A DNA stretch of 64,000 bases from a virus. Taxonomy: Duplodnaviria > Caudoviricetes. The position numbers and the translations under genes were made by a program. Shown piece by piece: positions 53,722 to 63,184 of this stretch. The stretch lies in the IMG/VR virus record IMGVR_UViG_3300028364_000013; one strand, given 5' to 3'. How positions within the stretch are numbered: position 1 is the stretch's first letter; each line of letters begins with the position of its first letter. The notes under the pieces are model-generated. The model saw only the letters and a list, made by a program, of their open reading frames with translations. It made no database searches and had not been told where the DNA came from.

Positions 53722-54375
53722 CTACTCTTGCAAGCTTTTTATAGCCTTAAGTATTTTTTTGTTTGCAGAACTAATTTGACACTTAAGGTTTGGAAAGTTA
53801 TTATTGCTTATTATCATATCAGCATGACTGCATCTAACTTCTTCGGAAACCTGATTATTCATCCTATCAATTACATCTTGTCTTGTACAATTGTCACGAG
53901 CCATAACTCTTTCAATTCTAACAGAATCTTCAGCTGTCACTACAACGATATAATCAAATTTATGATGAATATCAAGTTCTATTGCAATTGCAGCTTCCTC
54001 AATCACATATTCTGAATCTTTTAATATAGTTTCCTGGACCTCACACCAGTCTTCAAAAGCTTCTCCAACAGCTGGATGAACAATTTCATTTAGTATATCC
54101 AACTTATCTTTATCATTAAATACAATACTGGCAAGCTTCTTTCTATCTAATTCCTCTTTAACAGAAACTTTCTTTTTGTCATACTTCTTAACGTATATAT
54201 CATCTCCAAAGTACTTTTTGACATTCATCATTATAAACGGATTTGTATCCATCAAACTTCTGGCTGCCTCATCAGAATAGAACACTGGCACTCCAAGTTC
54301 TTCAAACAATTTGCAGGCCGTTGTTTTTCCTGACCCAATAGAACCCGTAACTAACACTCTAAACAATTTACTCAT
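53722..54375 (-). CDS. coaE: Dephospho-CoA kinase
   Basis: VTGSIGSGKTT, LDRKKLASIVFND, LNEIVHPAV, EAAIAIE and RIERVMARD motifs; true start MSKLF at 54375. Confidence 0.93.
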   Translation of the reverse strand: MSKLFRVLVTGSIGSGKTTACKLFEELGVPVFYSDEAARSLMDTNPFIMMNVKKYFGDDIYVKKYDKKKVSVKEELDRKKLASIVFNDKDKLDILNEIVHPAVGEAFEDWCEVQETILKDSEYVIEEAAIAIELDIHHKFDYIVVVTAEDSVRIERVMARDNCTRQDVIDRMNNQVSEEVRCSHADMIISNNNFPNLKCQISSANKKILKAIKSLQE

Positions 54376-55102
54376 ATTTATACTTCCATTTAAAACCACA
54401 AGATGTTTTATTAACATCTCTACAACACTTGCTAATAGCTGCATAGGTCACTCCCATGAAATCAGCCGCTTCTTTACATCCAACAAATTCGTTAATAACT
54501 TTTTCATTTGAATTTATCTGTTGAACTATTTTTGAGGATTTTTTTCCTCCAATTTTATAGCCTTTTTTACCTTTATTCCAAGATTCATCACCTTTTTTAA
54601 GTCTACTTTTTTTACCATTCTCTAAAAAAATCTCAATATTACCTGGCAATTTTCCCCCTCTTGTTTCAGACATTTTTTCCTTAGTCTTATTACTATGCTT
54701 TTTTCCTAAGTTACATTGCCTTAAATGTTCTTTAGCTTCTTCGCTCATACTCTTTCCTTTGTTCCAAGAAACATTGCCTTTTTTAAAAGAAGTTTTATTT
54801 GCAAACGTACAGCCATCTCCGCCATTAGTGTTGTTTGTCAATTTAAAACCCCATGTTTTAAATTGACAAATCCAATAAGACTCCCAAAATGACCAATCTT
54901 CAACAAGAACTTCATCTATAACTTCTAAAATTGGTTTTTTATTTTCATTTAATAATTTATTAATCCAATTAACTTTATGTGTTTTCTTTTTACTCTTAGA
55001 GCAATGTTTATAATATCTTCTCTTTGGGTTATTTGATTTACCAACATATCTAACAAAGTTTGTGTCTGGGTCAATTAAAACGTAAATAAATGTTGTATTC
55101 AT
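54368..55102 (-). CDS. GIY-YIG homing endonuclease with NUMOD3/NUMOD1 motifs
   Basis: FIYVL...RYVGKS..PKRR; WNKGK and GKKHS motifs; C-terminal SCGFKWKY. Confidence 0.85.
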   Translation of the reverse strand: MNTTFIYVLIDPDTNFVRYVGKSNNPKRRYYKHCSKSKKKTHKVNWINKLLNENKKPILEVIDEVLVEDWSFWESYWICQFKTWGFKLTNNTNGGDGCTFANKTSFKKGNVSWNKGKSMSEEAKEHLRQCNLGKKHSNKTKEKMSETRGGKLPGNIEIFLENGKKSRLKKGDESWNKGKKGYKIGGKKSSKIVQQINSNEKVINEFVGCKEAADFMGVTYAAISKCCRDVNKTSCGFKWKYKYE

Positions 55103-55137
55103 GATAGTGTTTTATCATAAATACACAGAAATTTATT

Positions 55138-55185
55138 TTACTCCAGCCCACTTCCAATTCCTCCAGTTACAAGTACTTTATACAT
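55138..55185 (-). pseudogene. Orphan original 5' end of coaE
   Basis: MYKVLVTGGIGSGLE*, versus MSKLFRVLVTGSIGSGKTT of the intact coaE. Confidence 0.85.
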
Positions 55186-55194
55186 AATCAATAT

Positions 55195-56766
55195 TTAAAA
55201 TGGAAAATCATTTACTTCAGCTAAATCCCTTGCTTCCTCTACTCTTTTTCCTTGAACTAAATCTTCAAGTATTGCAGCTCCTTTTTGGATTATTTCTCTC
55301 TTTGTTTCTTTCATACCTTCAACTTCATGAGTTCTAAATCTTATTGGGCTTTTTTCCAAAGGAAGAATGTCATATCTCTCACACATTAACTCAAGGCTTT
55401 TCTTTATTGCTTCAGGAGCATCATAGTTAAATTTCCCCTTAAGTTGCGCAATTTTGAATTCGTACTCAGAAGGGTCATCAACATTTTTTGCTTTCTCTTC
55501 TGCAACTTGCTCTTCTTTAGTCATAAACCATTTTGGAAGAGCTTCTTCATCCTCTTCTTTTTTCTTTTTGGTTGCATTAATTTGAAGCGTGTATCTTTCG
55601 TCATTAAACAAAAGACTGTAAATAGCGCAGTATCCTGTGTTTATGTTACTCTTGTAACCATGAACACAATGATGAAGCATTTCGCTTTCGTGGTCCAGTC
55701 TACGAGCTGTTTTTATCTTCTCAACTTCCATCTCTGGAGTAGATTTAATGTTTGGATATATTTTAGCAACCTTTAACTTACCACCACCCTCTTTCTTCTT
55801 TAAAATATCTCTACTTATTTTATCGTGTTTTTTCTTAATGGTAACGTAAGAGCTCATATTCAAATTTATCTCTTCCCCTTCTTCTTCAGCCATGTTGAAG
55901 TAATCAATCAAAATGGTTCTCTCACATCTATTGTCCTTGCATAGAAAATAATAATACAGCAACAACTTACTCTCTTCTCCATTAGTAAGAAGGTGCTTGA
56001 TTTGACTGCTATTTTCTTTTATGAAATTGGTAATTGAGTGAATTTTATTTGGATTAATTAACCTATAAAGCTTAATTACTTGATTTACAGACATAAATTT
56101 AAACAAAACTTTAGCTGGCATCAAACCACATTCAAAATTTACAGCTTCAGAAATAGAACTGGCTTTTCTTGAGTTTTTATTTTGAATTGATATGGTTTCA
56201 ACTTCTTTTAAATTTTCAACCCAACCTTGTCCACCAAGCATTGTGCTCATCAAAACTCTTACTTCATTTTCTTTTATAAATGAATTAATTACAAATGAAT
56301 GCCAATTTTTAAGAGACAGCCATCTCTTACCACCAATGAGGACATAGTTTTTGGTATTTACTTTAAATGCTATTTGTTTTTTTGCAATAACCAAAATTCT
56401 ATCTATCTTAGAATTGTGAGGAGCTCTAATGCTTGTGTCGTGGTCATACATCTCCAATGAATCATAAGTTTTTGAATACCTTAAAACTCTATTGTCATGA
56501 GAGCCATATACAAACCCTTTGTGATTTGACCTTGGGATTAGCTTGTTTATTTTTTCATCTTTTACATCAGGAACAAGCATGCAAGGCAAAGTGCCATGTT
56601 TAATTACATAATCTTTGATGCACTTAAACTCTTCTCTGGATACAGTGTCTCCATTATAAAAATAACTCTCTCTAACCCAGTAGATAAAGTGTTCAGTTTC
56701 AAAGTGAGAATTTGGTTTAAAATTCTTTAAAATTTCATCAATTATTTTTTGCTTTTCCTTTGTCAT
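55195..56766 (-). CDS. PcfJ-domain protein
   Basis: LIDYFNM...HD; LDHESEMLHHCVHGY...IYSL...YTLQI...QLKGKFN. Confidence 0.7.
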   Translation of the reverse strand: MTKEKQKIIDEILKNFKPNSHFETEHFIYWVRESYFYNGDTVSREEFKCIKDYVIKHGTLPCMLVPDVKDEKINKLIPRSNHKGFVYGSHDNRVLRYSKTYDSLEMYDHDTSIRAPHNSKIDRILVIAKKQIAFKVNTKNYVLIGGKRWLSLKNWHSFVINSFIKENEVRVLMSTMLGGQGWVENLKEVETISIQNKNSRKASSISEAVNFECGLMPAKVLFKFMSVNQVIKLYRLINPNKIHSITNFIKENSSQIKHLLTNGEESKLLLYYYFLCKDNRCERTILIDYFNMAEEEGEEINLNMSSYVTIKKKHDKISRDILKKKEGGGKLKVAKIYPNIKSTPEMEVEKIKTARRLDHESEMLHHCVHGYKSNINTGYCAIYSLLFNDERYTLQINATKKKKEEDEEALPKWFMTKEEQVAEEKAKNVDDPSEYEFKIAQLKGKFNYDAPEAIKKSLELMCERYDILPLEKSPIRFRTHEVEGMKETKREIIQKGAAILEDLVQGKRVEEARDLAEVNDFPF

Positions 56767-59511
56767 ACGTAAGTTCTTCCTGGTTTATCAATTGAGTCTT
56801 TAAGGTTTTTCTCATTATTAGTCTGAGTTTTCTTAAGAACCTTTCTATACTCATTCTCTATCATTTTGAATCTTTCGTTCATTCTGTTGATATAAACAAT
56901 GGCAGCATATTTATTGAGTTCATCAATAGTTTTCTGCTTTAAAATCCACATGCAATATCTGGTAACATTATAAATCTGATGGATGGTCTTGAAATCCTCT
57001 GGAGATTTATTCACATAACTCCCCTTAGCAAAAACAAGCTTTCTTTTAGAATTAACATTAAAATAGTCGCAATGATATATGTCTACACCTTCTAAATCTT
57101 GTATCATGTTAATCAGTTTTGTTCCCGTCTCGCTTGTCAATTAATTTTTTAAGCTTTGCAGCTTTCTCGTAATCCTCAGAATCATGAGCCTCTTGTAGCT
57201 GCTCTTCAAGATAAATTTTAGAACCTTCTGACAATGCAATTATCACATTATCAACCTCATCTTGACTGCTTATTCCAGTTGGCTCTGCTTTAGGGTATAG
57301 AACATCCCAGAAAGTAATATTATCATCTTCCTGCAGGTTCTCATCAATCATCGCATCAATTTCTCCAGTTACAGTTTCCCAATTTTTAGTATTCTCTTCC
57401 ATGGTGCCTTCTTCAATCCACTTCTCCATCTGCTCATTTTGCTTTACCAAATCTTTTCTTTGAGCATCTCTTTCTTCTGGCTTACCATAGAAACTTATTT
57501 CACGCAAAATAGATGAAATTACTTGATAGGATGTTACTGGCTTGTAACTCGCTTTAATTATAGCATCCAATTCGTCTTCATAAGTTTTTGAATTGTGGAC
57601 TTCAAATGAATTGTCTATGAATAGTAAATTGTTCTTTATTTCTCCCAGAGAAGAAAAAGCAATAGAAATTCCATATTCTTCCTTATCAATATCTTTATTG
57701 ATTCTTCCAAATGCATCAAAAGAAAGGTAATCTATAAAATCAACATCACCATTGTATTCATATACATCACAAATCCAGGAAAGCCTAAGTCTGTATTCTT
57801 GATTTTCAAAAACAACATCAATATCCCTCTCATAGTCACTTATGAAATCTTCAATAACATTACCTCTAAGCTCAGATGCGAAAAGTATGTTAAAAAAATC
57901 TTTGTGAAATATAATCAAATCAAACAGTCTGCCGAAAGTTAAATCCTCTCCAAGCTCAATATCCTCCCCAAGACTAAATAGTACATCATCAACACCAATC
58001 TCTTTGACTGTATCTGAATCTGGCTTAGTACTTTTTAATGTAAATGGGGAACGATAGATTTTATCTTTAGTTATCGTTATCATTTATTTGTCTTTAAACT
58101 TATCTCTTAATTTCTGAAGTGCGTCAAGGTCACCAAGTGTGCTCTTTTTTGAACCAGTGGACTGGTACGACTTCGGCTTTGATTTTCTTTTCTTAACCGC
58201 AATTCCAGGATGGAAAGGGTTCTTTGTCATCTGGTTAAGCAACCAGATAATATCTTTATCTCCAGCGAGATATTTATTCATTACCCAACCTACAAAGGCA
58301 AGATAAGATTCTTGAGACATATAAGTCTTGGTGTTTTTTCCCTGAAGCGCCAGCGTCTTTCCGTTAAGAAGTTGACTCATAGGTGTTGGGCTTGCAAAAA
58401 ACCCTCTTTCAGCATCAAAAGACCTTAAGAAGTCATCAAGATTCATTTTGAAGGAGTCTGTGTTGTTTGCTGCAATTACAGCTTCAACAGTCATCAGTTT
58501 GTCATGTGTGAATACGCAATGAACTCTTGGCTTTTTCTTTCCAACTTCTTTAGCTGGCTCAGACTGAGCTACTCCTACGCTTTTAAATGGTAGATATGAC
58601 CTAATTAGATGTGAAAAGAAAGCTTTGTTCTTTTGCTTTCCGCTTTCGTCTTTAAGATTATACATCTGTTCAATCTTGTCAACTATGTTTGTCTTTTTCT
58701 CTTCCATTTTTATTTTAAATTATAATAAGTAAAGCAACGAACTGGAGCAACAAACTTACAAAAATTATTGCACCCATCAAAGAAATTTTTCTTAAAAAAT
58801 AACCACCTACTCCATTTTTTTCAACCAAAACTTGAATGTCGCTACCGAAAATACCTCTATCAATTAGGATGTAACTAAATAGAGATAATAAAACAACAAT
58901 CACCATTGAAGGTGGTTGGTAATCAATTTCATTCAATAAACTTGGGTCTTCTTTGAACCCTTCTGGAAGTTGAGAAAAAATAGTAAAAACAGAATCAAAT
59001 TCTGAACCTTGTCGGTAGATTCTCCCTTTAAGTTGTGTGTATTCAGAATCAGTCCAAGGAAGTGTGATGCAAATCATTTTATTTTTTTGTTCTTTTGCCA
59101 TCTGTACTTATACGAAATAAAAATTAAAATGTTTTAAAAAGGAAGGTCTTCTTGTAAAATAAATGAAATTTTACCTTCAGTTTCTTTTTCCTCCAGCTCA
59201 TAATAACTCCTTCCTGTTGAGAAGCTTTTGAACACTTTGTACCATGCAGATTCTTTTACATTCAAATAAGGCCAGTTTTTGTTACTCTTGCACCAAAACA
59301 TTGCAGTATTAACAAAATCTCTAAAAGAAAGAACGTGAAGTTTTTCTCCAAGAGCATTTTCAAAAACTACAGCTTCATCGGTCTCACAAATATATAAATA
59401 CGCAGAACCTTCATACAGCCCTTCAATAGTATAAACACCAGGCTTTGACTCTTTGATTTGAATTCCTGCCTCGTTACATTCTGCAGCTATTTTTTCTAAA
59501 ATTACATCCAT
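56763..59511 (-). other. Hypothetical CDSs (56763-57140, 57109-58083, 58084-58707, 58715-59101, 59134-59511)
   Basis: Co-oriented ORFs. Confidence 0.75.
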
Positions 59512-60194
59512 TAGTCTCTATTAAATATGAAGTCATCGACTCCTTGATTTGCGAAGTAAAGATAGTGCCTTTCTTCCAAACCTAAAAATTTTATTACCTT
59601 AAATTCAAAATCAATTTCATAACTGTCTATCACATAACCTTCTCCTTCAAGCTTACTTCGATGATATTCAACGTATTGCTTAAATTTATCAGCAGAAACA
59701 ATTGCGTGTATTTTTCCTCCACCACACCCTATTTTATAGAATGTCCATAAATTTGATTCTCCATCCTCTTTGTAGAATTCAACTTCTATACCACGCTCCT
59801 TATACATCTCCATGGCAATTTTTTGACCTTCACCATATCTTGGATGGTCCCAATCTGGCTCTGGAGCAACAACTCTCTTAAATCCTTTTGTCGTAATCTC
59901 ACCTGCGCAAATAGAACAGGTAAAGAACGTGCAGTAAAGCGTCATCCCTTTAAGCGGTATGTCAGCTTCAAGAATACAATTTCTTTCTGCGTGAATCGTC
60001 CAATGATGTTTCTCTGGCGATTCATGTCTGCAAGCAATATCATCATTCACTCCTCTTGGAAAACCGTTGAAGCCTACGCTTACAATTTTCTTTTCATCAT
60101 CAACAATTACAGCGCCAACGCCAGTTCCTTTATCTTTTGACCAGGTGGCTGCCATCTTGGCCAGGTCCATAAAACGCTTGTCCCACTTATTCAT
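59511..60194 (-). CDS. dCMP deaminase with C-terminal extension
   Basis: SKD...VGAVIV...GFNG, HAERN and TCSICA zinc motifs. Confidence 0.9.
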   Translation of the reverse strand: MNKWDKRFMDLAKMAATWSKDKGTGVGAVIVDDEKKIVSVGFNGFPRGVNDDIACRHESPEKHHWTIHAERNCILEADIPLKGMTLYCTFFTCSICAGEITTKGFKRVVAPEPDWDHPRYGEGQKIAMEMYKERGIEVEFYKEDGESNLWTFYKIGCGGGKIHAIVSADKFKQYVEYHRSKLEGEGYVIDSYEIDFEFKVIKFLGLEERHYLYFANQGVDDFIFNRD

Positions 60195-60289
60195 ACTAAA
60201 TTTTTTTCAATTTATCTACATCGTAAGAAACATCTATAATGGCATTTATAATACCAGGCATTTCAAATTCATTTTCACATTTTTCACAA

Positions 60290-60546
60290 TAAAAGTACAA
60301 AGCCTTTCTTTTTCATCATCAAGAGACCAAGATTGGGTTTTTATAGCAGACATGTTAGATAAATTGGATATTAAATATAAAATTAGAACTCTAACAGATG
60401 ATAGAGGAGAGTCATCTCAAGTTAATTTTTTCAACAAATATGACATCATTAAATTCTTTAAATATATCAATAAAACAAATGATTATGATAAAATTGGTTT
60501 AAAAAGAAAATATGATAAATTTATACTTTTAAATCAATATGTTTAA
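60290..60546 (+). pseudogene. C-terminal fragment of a LAGLIDADG-type endonuclease
   Basis: SFSSSRDQDWVFIADMLDKLDIKY...IIKFFKYI...IGLKRKYDKF; no N-terminus. Confidence 0.55.
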
Positions 60547-60552
60547 TTTCTT

Positions 60553-61476
60553 TTATGATTTAATAATATCATTATCTCTCTTTTCCAAAAACTTATGATT
60601 ATTAATGTGTTCTTCTCGCTCTTTTAATACAGCTCCAACATCCATATTCATAACTTTGTCTATAACTTCTCCAGGAACTCTAAATTCCTCAAATTCACCA
60701 TCTTTTTTAACAAGTACAACAACTGCTCCAAAAAAGTTTATGTTTTCATATTTAGTCCCCTCCAGCATTTTTAAAAGCAATTTTCCATAAAGAGGTAGTT
60801 GAACATAATAATGCCCAAGTGCTGTATCCCAATGATTTTCAAAAGGAGGTAACATTAACTTAGTCCACCTTCTAACTTCAAAATTTTCAGGTTTATTAGA
60901 TTTCCAATCTGTAATTACAATTCCGATGTTCCCATCCTTATCAATCATAAGCCAAACTTTATCTGGCTGACCAGTGTATCCAAACTCAGCACTACCAAGA
61001 ACCATCTCAGTATCAAGAAGAACTGCTCCTCTCTCATGCATAAGGTCAAGAAAATCTCTTCCAGATTGAATCATTGCATCCCCATCGCTTATTTGGTCTT
61101 CGTCACATTCAAATATTGGAAGTCTGACTTCTTTGTAGCTCCCGTATTGGTCAACAAGCTCTTGCTCCAGTATGAAATGGACTCTTGAGCCCTTATTGGT
61201 TGCGTAGCTTCCTTTTTCAGACCACTCGGTAAGCAATTCTTTCTCTTTCTGCTTATCTTCGCCACATTGTTTAAATGTCCCAGTCTTGGTGGAATCGAAT
61301 ACATGATAAAAAGACTTAAGTACAGTTGATACTGATGGAAACTTAGTTGTTATATCTCCTTTTAAATCTTTGATATAATAAGTATGCGTATCTTCAACAA
61401 AGGTCAAGGACATTTCCTTTTGCTTCTTGTCGATAACATCTCTTATCTCTTTTGCTATTTCTTTTAAATCTACCAT
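60553..61476 (-). CDS. PD-(D/E)XK (Cas4-like) exonuclease
   Basis: SVSTVL, GSRVH, TEMVL...TGQPD...ITDWKSN and YYVQLPLY. Confidence 0.8.
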   Translation of the reverse strand: MVDLKEIAKEIRDVIDKKQKEMSLTFVEDTHTYYIKDLKGDITTKFPSVSTVLKSFYHVFDSTKTGTFKQCGEDKQKEKELLTEWSEKGSYATNKGSRVHFILEQELVDQYGSYKEVRLPIFECDEDQISDGDAMIQSGRDFLDLMHERGAVLLDTEMVLGSAEFGYTGQPDKVWLMIDKDGNIGIVITDWKSNKPENFEVRRWTKLMLPPFENHWDTALGHYYVQLPLYGKLLLKMLEGTKYENINFFGAVVVLVKKDGEFEEFRVPGEVIDKVMNMDVGAVLKEREEHINNHKFLEKRDNDIIKS

Positions 61477-61859
61477 TATAATGTTTCGTCAAGTTCACCC
61501 CAACCTACCATAATAGTTATAGGCTTTGCTTGATTTTTTGATGTAAGTTTATATTCTTTTGTGCTATGATTAACCTCCATTACTTTGAATAGCATTGCAG
61601 TATCTGTCACTCTATGACTAATCTCTTCTCCTGGGCCATATTCTGGTGCCAACACTTCAACTTTTTGTGGAGTTAGTATTGGCTCTTTTAATTTTCCTTC
61701 AATATTATCAAGCTTTCTTTCGATTTCTTCCATATAATATTCAGCATCAATTTTCCCCTTATTGATGTCATCTATTTTATCATAGATTTTGTTGTAAATT
61801 TCTCTTTCAGTTTCAAGAATAAACTTCTCTCTTTCTGATAATTTAGATAGTGTTTCCAT
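61476..61859 (-). CDS. Hypothetical protein
   Basis: Abuts neighbours with TAATG/ATGA overlaps. Confidence 0.7.
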   Translation of the reverse strand: METLSKLSEREKFILETEREIYNKIYDKIDDINKGKIDAEYYMEEIERKLDNIEGKLKEPILTPQKVEVLAPEYGPGEEISHRVTDTAMLFKVMEVNHSTKEYKLTSKNQAKPITIMVGWGELDETL

Positions 61860-62617
61860 TATTGTATTATTTTTTTTACTTTTTCTAATTTTTCTTCACC
61901 TATAAGCTTGTTCATAACACTCCAGAATAACTTATCATTTTTTGCAAGACTATCTGATAACCTGAATATAGGAGCGCTCGATTGGATTCCTTTTAAAGGA
62001 ATGTCGTAAGCATATTGAAGCATAAACTTTTTACTAATCAAAACTGCTTCTGGACTTTCGTTAAGAAGAGTATCGTAATCTTCAGACTCTTCAACAAGAG
62101 CAAGAGCGCTTGGATAAAAATCTTTTAAAAGAGATTTATAAAGACTATCTCCAATTGCTGTTGTAGCTTTACCAAACCCTTTTGTTAGAGCTTCAATTCT
62201 CGCTGCTCTATTAATCACTGTTCCAACGTAAGTGTTCAAGTAACCCTTTCCTACTTTCCAAACACTACCAGAGTCAGCTCCAATTCCAAAAGAAACGTGA
62301 GTACCTGGATTGTCGTTCACAAACTTTTCACACAACGTATTTAAAGCCTTGTGTGCAGCCAATATATAAGCGTATCCCTTTTGGTCGTGGTCATCCTTGT
62401 CTAAGAAAATAGCCAATATACCATCTCCAATAGAATGCATCCACACTTTATCAGATATAGTCGTTGCCAGAGAATTTAGAGTGAAGTAATACTTCTCTAT
62501 AAACACCAGAAACTTCTCATCATCTGCATGTTGAAAATCCTTAAACGTCTTCGAGAAGTTTCTAAGGTCTGTAATCACAGACGTAGCATGTCTCTTATTT
62601 TTCTCTAAATCACTCAT
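61859..62617 (-). CDS. Class III nucleotidyl (adenylate/guanylate-type) cyclase
   Basis: ITDLRNFS, IGDGILAIF, GIGADSG and VGTVINRAARIE motifs. Confidence 0.88.
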   Translation of the reverse strand: MSDLEKNKRHATSVITDLRNFSKTFKDFQHADDEKFLVFIEKYYFTLNSLATTISDKVWMHSIGDGILAIFLDKDDHDQKGYAYILAAHKALNTLCEKFVNDNPGTHVSFGIGADSGSVWKVGKGYLNTYVGTVINRAARIEALTKGFGKATTAIGDSLYKSLLKDFYPSALALVEESEDYDTLLNESPEAVLISKKFMLQYAYDIPLKGIQSSAPIFRLSDSLAKNDKLFWSVMNKLIGEEKLEKVKKIIQ

Positions 62618-63184
62618 CCTATGTGTCCATCAAACTGTTTATATTCTTCAAGAGTAAGTTGTTGCCAACTAATTACCTCATAGTGCTCACGGCTCTTGTA
62701 TCCTTTATTTTCTATGTATTTTCCATACTTTTCATTGCAATCCATCTGCCACTGCAAAGGGTGTATATCTGTTAAGCATTGATTGTTGCCATCTATGCAT
62801 CCAGTAGAAACCCACCCTTCAGTTACTCCTGCGTTTCTCCATCCGTATTTTTTACAGTTGTAATATACGAAATAGTATTTAGGTTCCTTGTTCATCACTC
62901 ATTTTTTTAACAATCATTTCTACCTTTTCCTTTTTATCTATAATGTGATTGCACTCCTTGATTACTGCAAGATAGTCTTTGTACATATCCAAAAACATCT
63001 CAACATTTTCATTCACCATATCTCCAGATAATCTGTACTTAAGTTCGTCCTCGGTGTCCTCATATGATATTCTAATATCAGTCATGACATCAACCAGAGC
63101 AACAACTCTCTCTTCAATAGTCATTGTATTGAATATGCTCGCAACACCGCTTGGGTTGTTTCTTATTGAGTAGATATACTTCAT
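62614..63184 (-). other. Hypothetical CDSs (62614-62898, 62879-63184)
   Basis: Co-oriented ORFs. Confidence 0.7.

Noticed and set aside
60553-61476. Cas4 as part of a CRISPR-Cas locus
   Set aside because: Solo PD-(D/E)XK nuclease with no cas1/cas2 or array in the window; such genes are common in phages.
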